A stretch of 64,000 nucleotides of DNA, taken from contig JAGVQJ010000153.1 of the NCBI GenBank assembly GCA_020051775.1, positions 4,115 to 68,114 on the forward strand, given 5' to 3'. Positions 27,094 through 35,824 of the stretch are shown here, piece by piece. Source of the stretch: Calditrichota bacterium (lineage in GTDB: Bacteria; Electryoneota; B3-LCP). Numbering within the stretch: the stretch's first letter is position 1; each line of letters begins with the position of its first letter. The translations under genes were made by a program, and so were the position numbers. A model generated the notes under the pieces. It did no database searches, was not told the DNA's origin, and saw only the letters and a program-made list of their open reading frames with translations.

Positions 27094-29802
27094 ATGTCCG
27101 ACAGAAGATTAGTCTTGTGGCTTGGCTGCGTGCTGAGCTTGTTTCTCGTGGCGAGTCTGGCTTTTAGCGCGCCGCAATGGGTTTCCCTGAACGGTCAAAC
27201 CGGCGCTGCACCGATGGTACAAGTTGTAGATCACAGCAACGCCGGGACTACTTTACGGGTGACGATTCCCGGTTTCTGGAGCGAAGAAAAAATCCAATCC
27301 GGAGAAATTTTCCAGGTCTTAAGCTTCGGGGACAACGCGACCACAATGGAGGTGGGTGCCCCCATGCTGCCTAAGATCGTGGAGCTTGTAGCCATCCCAG
27401 CGCGCAGCGACCTGCGCGTGTCGGTCCGGGATCTGGACATGCTGACTCTGCATAATTACCGACTCTACCCCTTCCAAACGCCCACGACGGACGACCAGGC
27501 CGAAGCCTCCTTTGTCATGGATCAAGCCGCTTACTCCGTCAACGCGTACTATCCGCAAGCTGTGGCTAACGTCTCGGATCCACAAATCTGGCGCGATGTG
27601 CGCCTGACAGGATTGGAACTCACGCCGGTGCGCTACAATCCCGTCAGTCGGGAGCTGGTTGTCGCCCGCTCATTCGAGGTGCGCATCGAGTATTCCGGCG
27701 TCAACATGCACCATGCATTGGATCACGATCCCGTTTCTGTCAATCCAATCTACGACAACATGTACCGGTCGGCCATTATCAATTACGATAACTTACACTT
27801 GGACGTGGATCGCACGGACAGTCCCGGAACCAAGTACCTCGTCGTGGTTCGGCAGGAGGCGCTTACTCACGTGCAGCCTTTGATTGATCTGCGCAATGCG
27901 CAAGGCTACAAAACGGAAGTCAAGATCTACCCGACGACTGGCTTTGACACCGATTATGCCATTAAAAGTTACATCACCTCTCTGTTTGTCTCCTCGGCGC
28001 TGGAATATGTGCTTCTCGTCGGCGACGCCTACCACGCCGGGGGCTCCAGCCAGATTGACGTGCCCATGCACATGTGGGTGGATTCATACTCAGATTCCTG
28101 GTACACTTCGCTGCAGGGCGACGGCGACTATTTCGCCGATCTGGCTATCGGACGCCTCGTTTACGACAATATGACCGAGCTGGATCGCCAGGTAAGCAAA
28201 ACCATGGCCTATATGCAGACGCCCGACTTGACTGCCAATTGGGCTGGTAACTCCCTGCTGGTGGCGCATCAGGAACAGTATCCGCAGAAATATACACTAT
28301 GCAAAGAACAAATTCGCACGTTCAACTACGCGATCCAAAATCCGACTTTCGCCACCGCTTATGGCGGCGCCGGAGCTACCAACCAGCAGGTGATTGACTA
28401 CATTAACAACCAGGGCACCGGCCTGCTGAATTACCGCGGGCATGGTTCGGCTACGGAATGGTGGCAGTGGGGCCCTTCAGGCAGCTTCACGGCTACGCAT
28501 ATCGCTCAGTTGACGAACCTCAATCGTTACTTCGTGCACTTCGACGTCTGCTGCGATAATATGAATATCCCTAACTACAACGGTAATTGCCTGGCCGAAT
28601 CCTTCATGAAAGCCACCGCTGCGGCCATAGCCATCAACGGAGCCATCATTCCGTCCTACACCATCCCCAACCATGATTACGACAAGGAATTCTACAAAGC
28701 GCTTTATAATAACGGCATCTGGCATATCGGCTATGCGTCCAACTACGCCAATGTGGCGGTCGTGACGCTTCACGGCAGCATTGGTCAGTCCAACTATCGC
28801 ACCTACTTATGGTTGGGTGATGCGGCCATAGACCTGTTGACCGCAACGCCGCAGCAGTTGACCATGCAGTATGAGCCGACCATCAACCTGGGTAGCCAGG
28901 ATTTCCAAGTTACGGTACTGAAGTCTGGTCAGCCGGTCGCCAATGCCCTGGTTTGCGCTCAGGGCGCCGGCGCCTATGCTCGTGGGTTCACTAACGCCTC
29001 GGGTGTGGCTTACCTGGTGTTCAGTGAAATGCCCGCGTCGCAAGTACAGGTGAACGTGCGCGCTTCGGCTCACAATGGTTTGGACGCCACCGGTACAGCC
29101 ACGATCATACCAAGCGGTTCTCCGTATGCCGTCGCAGTAAACCTGACGGCGACTACAGCTCTGGTCATTCCTCCCGGCGGCGGCAGTTTCAGCTACACGG
29201 TGAATGTGACGAACAGCGAAAACTACAGCCTTCCGGTACATGCCTGGACCGATTGGGTCTATCCCAACAGCACCATTCACACGCCGTTTATTGATCGTTT
29301 CCTCACCCTCGTTCCCGGAGCTCCACTCAACCGCTCCCTTACGCAGAGTGTAGGCGGATCCGAACCCCCCGGAACTTATCTCTATCGCGGGTGTGTAGGG
29401 ACCTATCCCGGCGGCACGATTTACGCTGCGGATACGCTGGTGTTCACGAAATCTGCGGTGGATGAATGGCTGGGCGAAATACCCTCCCTGGTTTTGGGCT
29501 CTGAAGTCACCGGCTGGGATGAACCGGCTACAATAGCGCCACAGCATTACGCGCTGTCCCAAGCTCCCAACCCCTTCAATCCCGTAACTACGATAAGCTT
29601 CTCGCTACCAATCAGCGCCCGAGTGCGCCTGACCATCTTCGACACCCTGGGGCGCGAAGTCGCCGTGCTGGTGGATGGTTACCGTGTCGCGGGAAATCAC
29701 CAGGCAACGTTCGATGGCTCCGAGCTGGCTTCAGGCATTTACTTAAGCGACCTGCAAGTCGGTGACGTGCATTTATCGGGCAAGATGGTGTTAATGAAGT
29801 AA
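27094..29802 (+). CDS. Peptidase C25 (gingipain-like) family protein with T9SS CTD
   Basis: A signal peptide is present (start taken at MSDRRLVLWLGCVL, with an AGAGG ribosome-binding site). The His motif NYRGHGSATEW and the Cys motif FDVCCDN resemble the gingipain catalytic dyad. It carries the pre-CTD module and the CTD NPFNPVTTISFSLP...IFDTLGREV...SGIYLSDL...GKMVLMK. Confidence 0.75.
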   Translation: MSDRRLVLWLGCVLSLFLVASLAFSAPQWVSLNGQTGAAPMVQVVDHSNAGTTLRVTIPGFWSEEKIQSGEIFQVLSFGDNATTMEVGAPMLPKIVELVAIPARSDLRVSVRDLDMLTLHNYRLYPFQTPTTDDQAEASFVMDQAAYSVNAYYPQAVANVSDPQIWRDVRLTGLELTPVRYNPVSRELVVARSFEVRIEYSGVNMHHALDHDPVSVNPIYDNMYRSAIINYDNLHLDVDRTDSPGTKYLVVVRQEALTHVQPLIDLRNAQGYKTEVKIYPTTGFDTDYAIKSYITSLFVSSALEYVLLVGDAYHAGGSSQIDVPMHMWVDSYSDSWYTSLQGDGDYFADLAIGRLVYDNMTELDRQVSKTMAYMQTPDLTANWAGNSLLVAHQEQYPQKYTLCKEQIRTFNYAIQNPTFATAYGGAGATNQQVIDYINNQGTGLLNYRGHGSATEWWQWGPSGSFTATHIAQLTNLNRYFVHFDVCCDNMNIPNYNGNCLAESFMKATAAAIAINGAIIPSYTIPNHDYDKEFYKALYNNGIWHIGYASNYANVAVVTLHGSIGQSNYRTYLWLGDAAIDLLTATPQQLTMQYEPTINLGSQDFQVTVLKSGQPVANALVCAQGAGAYARGFTNASGVAYLVFSEMPASQVQVNVRASAHNGLDATGTATIIPSGSPYAVAVNLTATTALVIPPGGGSFSYTVNVTNSENYSLPVHAWTDWVYPNSTIHTPFIDRFLTLVPGAPLNRSLTQSVGGSEPPGTYLYRGCVGTYPGGTIYAADTLVFTKSAVDEWLGEIPSLVLGSEVTGWDEPATIAPQHYALSQAPNPFNPVTTISFSLPISARVRLTIFDTLGREVAVLVDGYRVAGNHQATFDGSELASGIYLSDLQVGDVHLSGKMVLMK

Positions 29803-29820
29803 GCTTAGTATCTCAGTAGT

Positions 29821-29862
29821 GAAAAGCGGTTGTCCCAACCAGGGACAGCCGCTTTTCGTTTT
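29821..29862. terminator. Bidirectional terminator hairpin between convergent cargo genes
   Basis: A 14-bp stem (aaagcggttgtccc pairing with gggacagccgcttt, with one G-U pair) has an A-run on one side and a T-run on the other. Confidence 0.65.
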
Positions 29863-29878
29863 GAAACTGGAGCTGTGA

Positions 29879-32020
29879 TTATTTCACCAGAACCATTTTC
29901 ATCGTTTTCGTGAAATCTGTGGTCTGGAGGTGATAAATGTACATGCCGGTTGCCAATCCTGAGGCATCGAAAGTAACCTGATGCACACCCGCTTCGAACT
30001 CCCCATTGACCAAAGTTTCCACGAGTCGGCCCTGCAAATCGAAGACCGCCAGGTTGACGTGATCGCTGTGGGGCAACCCAAGGCTGATCGTCGTGGTGGG
30101 GTTGAACGGGTTGGGACAATTCTGCGAGAGGCTGTAATCAACAGGGATCTGCAACATGCCGCCCTGACCGCAAATGCCCGGCCGTTCCGTGGGCATAGTG
30201 GTTTCCTCGTTACCGCCGCCCGAGACGGTTTTATAGAAGGTGAAGAACCCATCTTCGTAACCCGGCAGAGTGGGATATACTTCACCTACTGTACTGTGCA
30301 TATCCAGCGCACCGACCAACAAGGGAGAGGCGGGGATGGGAGCGGAGATAGTGGCGTTGTAAATCTCATTTGGCTCAAAGGTGTAATTGTCCTCGATTAA
30401 CGCCTGGAGCATTACTACACCATCCTGCATTACGTACCACCAAATATCCGCGGTGTAAGGGATACTCAGGAGATTCGTAACGGTAAGGTCCCATACCAGG
30501 TTTCCTCCCTCCGGCGGGATATAGAGCCCTGATCCCGTTGGTGGTACGATTGACAAATTGAAGTCAGCGGGGACAGAGATATCCGCACGCATATTCCAAT
30601 CGTAAGCATTGGGATCGGGATCCCAGCCGGTGCTGGATTTTATCCAGGCTTGATTGGATTTCAGAGGATCATCGAATCTTAGCAAGGAAGTTGTGGTGCC
30701 CAGGAAGTAATAAGCAACATAGAAAGGACCGTCAGTTTGGACCGCTACCGGATATTCATTCCACCCGGTGGCGGGGTTGGCATCCGAGGCCGTCCACAAC
30801 ACTGCTCCAGGTACACCCCCTACTTCTTCAATTACTTTTATCTGGGCGCCGGAGGCGAAGGGTGATTGCCAAATCTGTAGGTTTTCAATCGAGACGTGGT
30901 CAATCCAGAAAGCGCTGGTGCCAAGACCGGGGTCAAAGCGCATAGCGAAAGCGCCATCGGGAAGCACGGTGAAGCTGGCGCCATAGTACGTTCCATAATC
31001 AACGTACCCCAACCAGGCGGGTGGAGAATAAACCTGGAATTCAATGCTCTTGGAGTCATTATCCTCATTCTCGTCTCTGGTGTACTCCACAGAAATCACA
31101 TAGTAGTAACGATCATCATCGTCAACGTTCCAGGTGAAATCATGGATTTCAAATCCCCCGGGCGGTATTGGGTTGGTAATTGTATGAGTTTGTTGCGCTT
31201 CCAGAGTGCTACTTTCCCCTTGTTCTGAGTACAACATGCAGGTGACGGTAGCTGTTTCGCCCGTTAGCGGCGAGGGGATATCCCCAGTGTTTGTTAGAAT
31301 TGCCTGACATACCGATACCGCCGGATTCTGGTTCAGGATGAAATAGCCGTTGTGCGTGATGGCAGTGACGGCCAGGTCCCATAGCCCGGTATATTCCCCA
31401 CCGGCACGGATGAAATTATCGCCCGGAGAAGGATCGGGAATGGGCTGAGACAGGTTGAAGTAGGTTTTGGAGTAGTTATCAACCGGCAAGGAAGGGGCGA
31501 CGTCGTAAATTTCCCACGGAGCATTCGGGGGACCCTCCGAGGTAATTCTAAGCCAAAACCATTCGTTGGCATCGAAAACAGTCCAGGGGTCGGGGGAGTT
31601 GGGGAAGCTGATTTCATCCCAGAATTCAAGTCCGGGATCGTAGATCGCGGTGATTTCCCAAATAACCGTACCAGGATTGTGAACGATTCCGTTGTAGAAA
31701 TCTTCGAGCAGAGTGATGGTAATGGGACCCGTACCATTCAAATGCAGCAACATTCCCTGAAGCTCGAATTCAGCGATCGGCATAAACCGGGTGGCTAAAG
31801 CGAAATTGTGCAACCCGTTAAAATGCTGGTAGGGAATGCCGTCATCCCAGAACAGAACGTCGGTAAACACATCGAGCGTGCTGGGATTTCCGTTCGGAGT
31901 CAACATGTGCGGGTAGAGGGTCGGCTCGAGATTGTTAGGCCCGTACCCGGCTACGGCAGTGACGTTGCCCAGCAACGCCAGAACCACCATGATGAACATG
32001 ATTTTAATTACTCGTTCCAT
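29879..32020 (-). CDS. Large secreted protein with an unknown N-terminal region, pre-CTD module and T9SS CTD
   Basis: Start taken at MERVIKIMFIMVVLALLG, preceded by a GGAGGAG ribosome-binding site. The CTD reads NPFNPTTTISLGLP...VFDLQGRLV...GMYIYHL...KMVLVK. The ORF track extends further upstream without a ribosome-binding site. Confidence 0.7.
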   Translation of the reverse strand: MERVIKIMFIMVVLALLGNVTAVAGYGPNNLEPTLYPHMLTPNGNPSTLDVFTDVLFWDDGIPYQHFNGLHNFALATRFMPIAEFELQGMLLHLNGTGPITITLLEDFYNGIVHNPGTVIWEITAIYDPGLEFWDEISFPNSPDPWTVFDANEWFWLRITSEGPPNAPWEIYDVAPSLPVDNYSKTYFNLSQPIPDPSPGDNFIRAGGEYTGLWDLAVTAITHNGYFILNQNPAVSVCQAILTNTGDIPSPLTGETATVTCMLYSEQGESSTLEAQQTHTITNPIPPGGFEIHDFTWNVDDDDRYYYVISVEYTRDENEDNDSKSIEFQVYSPPAWLGYVDYGTYYGASFTVLPDGAFAMRFDPGLGTSAFWIDHVSIENLQIWQSPFASGAQIKVIEEVGGVPGAVLWTASDANPATGWNEYPVAVQTDGPFYVAYYFLGTTTSLLRFDDPLKSNQAWIKSSTGWDPDPNAYDWNMRADISVPADFNLSIVPPTGSGLYIPPEGGNLVWDLTVTNLLSIPYTADIWWYVMQDGVVMLQALIEDNYTFEPNEIYNATISAPIPASPLLVGALDMHSTVGEVYPTLPGYEDGFFTFYKTVSGGGNEETTMPTERPGICGQGGMLQIPVDYSLSQNCPNPFNPTTTISLGLPHSDHVNLAVFDLQGRLVETLVNGEFEAGVHQVTFDASGLATGMYIYHLQTTDFTKTMKMVLVK

Positions 32021-32150
32021 TGTACTCCTCCTGAATTTGGGTTGAGTGATGGTACTTTTAGTACTAATGGTGCTGGTACAGATACAGAATGGCAAAAATG
32101 TTAGTTTTTTCTTGCTTAATCCGCTATTTTATGCTTAATTATGAACAAAG

Positions 32151-32354
32151 ACACCGCCCCCTGACCTCAATGGACAGAGGACGGGTCCCGCGCGCCGTTC
32201 CGGGGAGGGTCCCTTCAACCAGTACCCGGAGCGGCCGTTTTATTTGGTGTATCTGCTAATATTGGAAACACCGCCCCCTGACCCCTAAAGTCAGGGGGCG
32301 GGTCCCGCGATTCGCTTCGGGGAGGGTCCCTTCAACCAGTAACCGAAGCGAACG
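32151..32354. repeat. Tandem pair of 87-nt structured repeat units with a 117-nt period
   Basis: Unit 1 spans 32151-32237 and unit 2 spans 32268-32354. Each begins ACACCGCCCCCTGAC, forms hairpin 1, contains GGGTCCCGCG, and then forms hairpin 2. Hairpin 2 has an identical 22-nt loop-and-closing segment (GGAGGGTCCCTTCAACCAGTA) while its 10-bp stem differs between copies with compensatory changes. Confidence 0.6.
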
Positions 32355-32904
32355 ATTAGATTTTGCCTTTTGCAATCTATGCCGATTTCAGCTCTATCGG
32401 ATTTCGGCAAAAATAAATCCCTGTACGGAGAGAATACGCTCGCAGCCGTATAGGGAAGTAGAGTAGTTAAGCGTTAAGGTGAAAAGGATTTTGTAGGCAA
32501 ATATGGAATTTAAGGCGATCCCTGGTGAATCACAGATAATCCCCATCTACTACTCCATTATGTTACAACTGAATGTACATATATGATAGCGGATAATTGA
32601 AAGGGTATGCTGCAAGATCGGCCTTGAGGAATCAGTGAAGCCGAGGCGCGGAAGTGGCCGTTGGTTTGGCGGTTAAGGAATATTTGGCTACTAATATAAT
32701 AGACCATTCCAAGAATGTCAAGTCTTTTTCATGAAATATTTATTAATTTATTAGAATAGTGAATGCCGTTTAATCTTCCCAGGAACTAGTCTAAGGGTTC
32801 GCCTTCTCCCTTCTCAGTTTGGTTATTTACAACGAGTTACTATTTTGGGGAAATTTGCCATCATGTGATGGGTATCACTTCCTTAAGACTTAAGACCCTC
32901 TAAA

Positions 32905-33282
32905 TTGATTCCCACCTTTCGCGCTGCCCCTATTCATAAGTTAACGCTCATTTTCAATAACAAACCAGAGCTTATGCACGTTCTGATGGATTTTCAGGAT
33001 CGAGCCATTCGGTTGACCGAGGAGAGGCAGAAGCACATCGCGGACTTCACGGAACCAGCCGCTAATCTGGCTTCCATTCGTGAAACGCTTCGCCAACCCG
33101 ACGTCATGACGGAAGCGTTTCATCATCCTGAATTACGCTTGTATTACAGAATCTACAGCCGGCGTTCCCCGGACGAACGTAATTTTCATGTGGTAGTCAA
33201 AGTGCGTGGGTACGACATGTTGGTGGTCACTGCCTTTTTCGGCAAGCAACTTCAGTGGGAGGGGAACCGGTGGAAGGATTAA
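32905..33282 (+). CDS. Putative toxin, DUF4258-like, partner of DUF2283
   Basis: The ORF overlaps the downstream DUF2283 gene by 28 nt, which is the usual arrangement. Similarity is weak (H...R..EER pattern). The likely true start is the internal ATG near 32974. Confidence 0.3.
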   Translation: MIPTFRAAPIHKLTLIFNNKPELMHVLMDFQDRAIRLTEERQKHIADFTEPAANLASIRETLRQPDVMTEAFHHPELRLYYRIYSRRSPDERNFHVVVKVRGYDMLVVTAFFGKQLQWEGNRWKD

Positions 33283-33506
33283 AGATTTGGTATGATCCCG
33301 AAGGTGATTTTTTGGAAGTCAATTTCGCCCGCAAGCCGGGAATATTTCAAGCCACTCCGGTGCGAAACATGATGGTCAAACTGGATGATGAGGGCCACAT
33401 CATCGGCTTCTCAATTCTGAATATCAGCGAAGTGGCCGATACGCCGATGGAAATTGATATCCCGCTGAGTAAGTTGCAAATCTTGTCTGAATTGCCGGTC
33501 GGTTAA
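33255..33506 (+). CDS. DUF2283-family antitoxin-like protein
   Basis: 83 aa, with WYDPEGDFLEVNF matching the DUF2283 N-terminal signature (YD.E.D.L.I). Confidence 0.5.
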   Translation: MGGEPVEGLKIWYDPEGDFLEVNFARKPGIFQATPVRNMMVKLDDEGHIIGFSILNISEVADTPMEIDIPLSKLQILSELPVG

Positions 33507-33568
33507 TTCCGATTCGTTCCATAATGGGGAGAGGTTTCTGACAGCCAGTGGCCTACATAATGGCATGT

Positions 33569-35157
33569 TTACGGTAAATAGATGACCTTTAGGCGCTGGA
33601 CACGGAAGCCCTCCCCGACCCTGATTTCTAACACAAAAACCCCCGCCGCCAATCCCGGTTGCAGCGGTATGCTGACCTGAGACTGACCGGGGGTTGTGCG
33701 TTCCTGCCACTGACCCACCACCCGACCCGAAACGTCAAAAAGAGTTAGGATTATCTCTCCCTTGACATTCAACCCACCTAAATCAACGCAGAACACCCCA
33801 TTAGTTGGGTTGGGATAGACTACGGCATTGAATTTTCTCGGAACGAAAGCGGGGGGAATTGCGGAACGGCGTTGGGAGTAAAATCCCCCACCACAGCCCG
33901 GATATGAAGATCGCCTTCAGTCACCGCCTGCCATCCTGATTGGTATGCGGCGCTGGATCGCAAGAAAACCGGAGGTTGATCCATCGAAACGGCTGCCAGA
34001 GAGACCGAGCCGGTTGTTGCCATCTGCAAACCAACGTGGAAGGTATCGGGAGCGATGAGCGCAGCCGAGCGTAGATCCACCCAGGACCAGGCTTCCGGTT
34101 CTTCCGGTGTGCTGGCAGGCCAGAGCATAAATGGCCCAGCCAGCACCGGACCGGGAAATCCGGATGAATCCGCCCAGACGTATACAGCGATGGAATCCAA
34201 CGGGTGGCCGGGGTCGGTGTACATGCGCACCAAGGCCGACGTCACATATCCGGCGTTGTGCGTTAGGAAACGCACGGCAGCCAACGTCCCGGGCGGGCCT
34301 TCAAGGATATTCTCCGAAACGCCATCGTCCATAATGAGCATCTGCCCGGCCAGGTAGGCGAAAGTATCGCTCAGGGAAACGTGCGGTTGAGGCGCCGCAT
34401 CGCTGGCCTGAAAGTAATATTCCACCAGCGTACCGGCTTCCTGCGCGGGAATCGTGTGGTAATAATTCTCGCCAAGAATGCTATCCTGAGGCGATTCAAC
34501 AAACCCTCCGCCGTCCAACTGATAATACAAATGTTCTTCGGAAATACCGGATGCATCCCACACTTCAGCGAGGAGATGACGCGCTCCGACGCTGCCCTGG
34601 TAAGCTTCAGGACCCCGGTGCAGGATAAGCGGCCCTGACTGGTCGTCGGGAAGCCCAAAAACAGTGACGTTGTCTATATTCACACCGTCGAAGGCATACA
34701 GCGGATCCGAGATAAAGCGGAAACGCAGACGCACATTAGGCAAGCCGGCGAAGGCGCCCAGATCGTATTGGCGGAGCTGCCAGGTCTGGTTAGTTCCCGT
34801 TAACGAACCCAGGGGCACCCAGACGAGGCCATCGCGCGAAGCCTCGATCCAACAGAAATCAAACCCCTGCTCAATTTCCCAGCGGGCTTGTAACTCCAGA
34901 CGAGCGCCCAGGTACGGCGTCAAGTTGGCGCCAGTTATGGTAGAGGCGGTCAAGATGGTGTCGGAATAGTAATTGCCGAAGGGGCTTTCGGTGAGTGAAT
35001 GTGTGGGGGAAAAACTATAGTTTTCGGTCAATCCCCAGCCGGTGGTCTGCCACAACCCAATGCCGCCTTCAAAATCGTCGTAGAGCACGACATTTTGAGC
35101 GGAGGCCGCAATGCCAGCTGTAAAGATAATCAGGAAGATATAAATTAGACGTTGCAT
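33569..35157 (-). pseudogene. T9SS cargo gene interrupted by a 1-nt frameshift in a C6 homopolymer
   Basis: The 445-aa ORF has a signal peptide and a jelly-roll-like N-domain and ends at 33820. A perfect T9SS CTD (KFNAVVYPNPTNGVFCVDLGG...ILTLFDVSGRVV...GVFVLEIR...KVIYLP) continues in the +1 frame down to 33569. The two frames meet at the CCCCCC run at 33851-33856. One extra C would fuse them into a protein of about 525 aa. Confidence 0.6.
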
Positions 35158-35221
35158 GTAAATAGTATACGCATTTGAGGCGGGAAAAGCAAGGGAAAGT
35201 GGATCGTAAACCGTTCACTTC

Positions 35222-35524
35222 CGGGCCATCGAGCTGGCCCGGCCACCCAGATCCTCACCCAGCGTTGAAACGCTGGGCCATACGGCCCGTCCTTTCAGGA
35301 CGGATCCTGTAATCCGTCCCATGGGGACGGGACAGGGCAGCCCAGGGTTTCAGAATCTGTCCGACAACTACTGCTTTGACCGATTCTCCTTGTCACCCGA
35401 TTAAAATCGGGTGCTCGTTAAAAAAATGGAAGTCGTTGAAACGACTGAATTTTGAATTAGTGGTTTTAACCACTTGATTCCAACGAGCACCGGAATTTAT
35501 TCCGGTGTCGAGGTTGTCGGACAG
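35222..35524. other. Dense multi-hairpin region closed by a long-range helix, a candidate structured RNA
   Basis: At least eight local hairpins are present. A 12-bp outer inverted repeat (ctgtccgacaac at 35357-35368 and gttgtcggacag at 35513-35524) and a nested 9-bp helix (gtgctcgtt at 35411-35419 and aacgagcac at 35482-35490) enclose them. Confidence 0.3.
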
Positions 35525-35622
35525 ATTCTTCAACCCTGGAAAAACCTCCATTCTCCACTTTGCATTTAACTTTTACCGCCACCCTAATCCCATAAAAACA
35601 TTTCCCAAGCAAAAAATTCCCC

Positions 35623-35651
35623 TTGACATTTGCACTGGAATTGCTTATATT
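35623..35651 (+). promoter_or_regulatory. Consensus sigma70-type promoter (TTGACA, 17-nt spacer, TATATT) upstream of the cargo gene at 35825
   Basis: TTGACA at 35623-35628, a 17-nt spacer, and TATATT at 35646-35651. Confidence 0.4.
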
Positions 35652-35824
35652 ATCTCACTGGATCATCTTTCCTATTCTCCAGGGGCGTCCTCGCCCACCG
35701 CTAAAGCGATGGGCTACATATATACCAAGCCCCCTGAAGGGGGCTGAAAAACTACCAAAGACGCGGCCAGCCACGAGAAACCGTCACGGTATGGACCGTG
35801 ACGGACCAGATAGCGAAGCGACCC

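Noticed and set aside
32151-32354. Possible CRISPR array
   Set aside because: There are only two copies. The units are 87 nt with internal hairpins and a 30-nt AT-rich gap, with no regular repeat-spacer periodicity and no cas genes nearby.
35222-35524. Identity as RNase P RNA, SRP RNA, 6S RNA or tmRNA
   Set aside because: None of the diagnostic conserved stretches is present. These are the GAAAGUCCGGGCUCC box and the ACAGAAA box with its GGCUUA continuation of RNase P, the AGGUCCGGAAGGAAGCAGC of SRP RNA, and the tmRNA tag-reading-frame and 3' tRNA-like end. It is kept only as an unclassified structured region.
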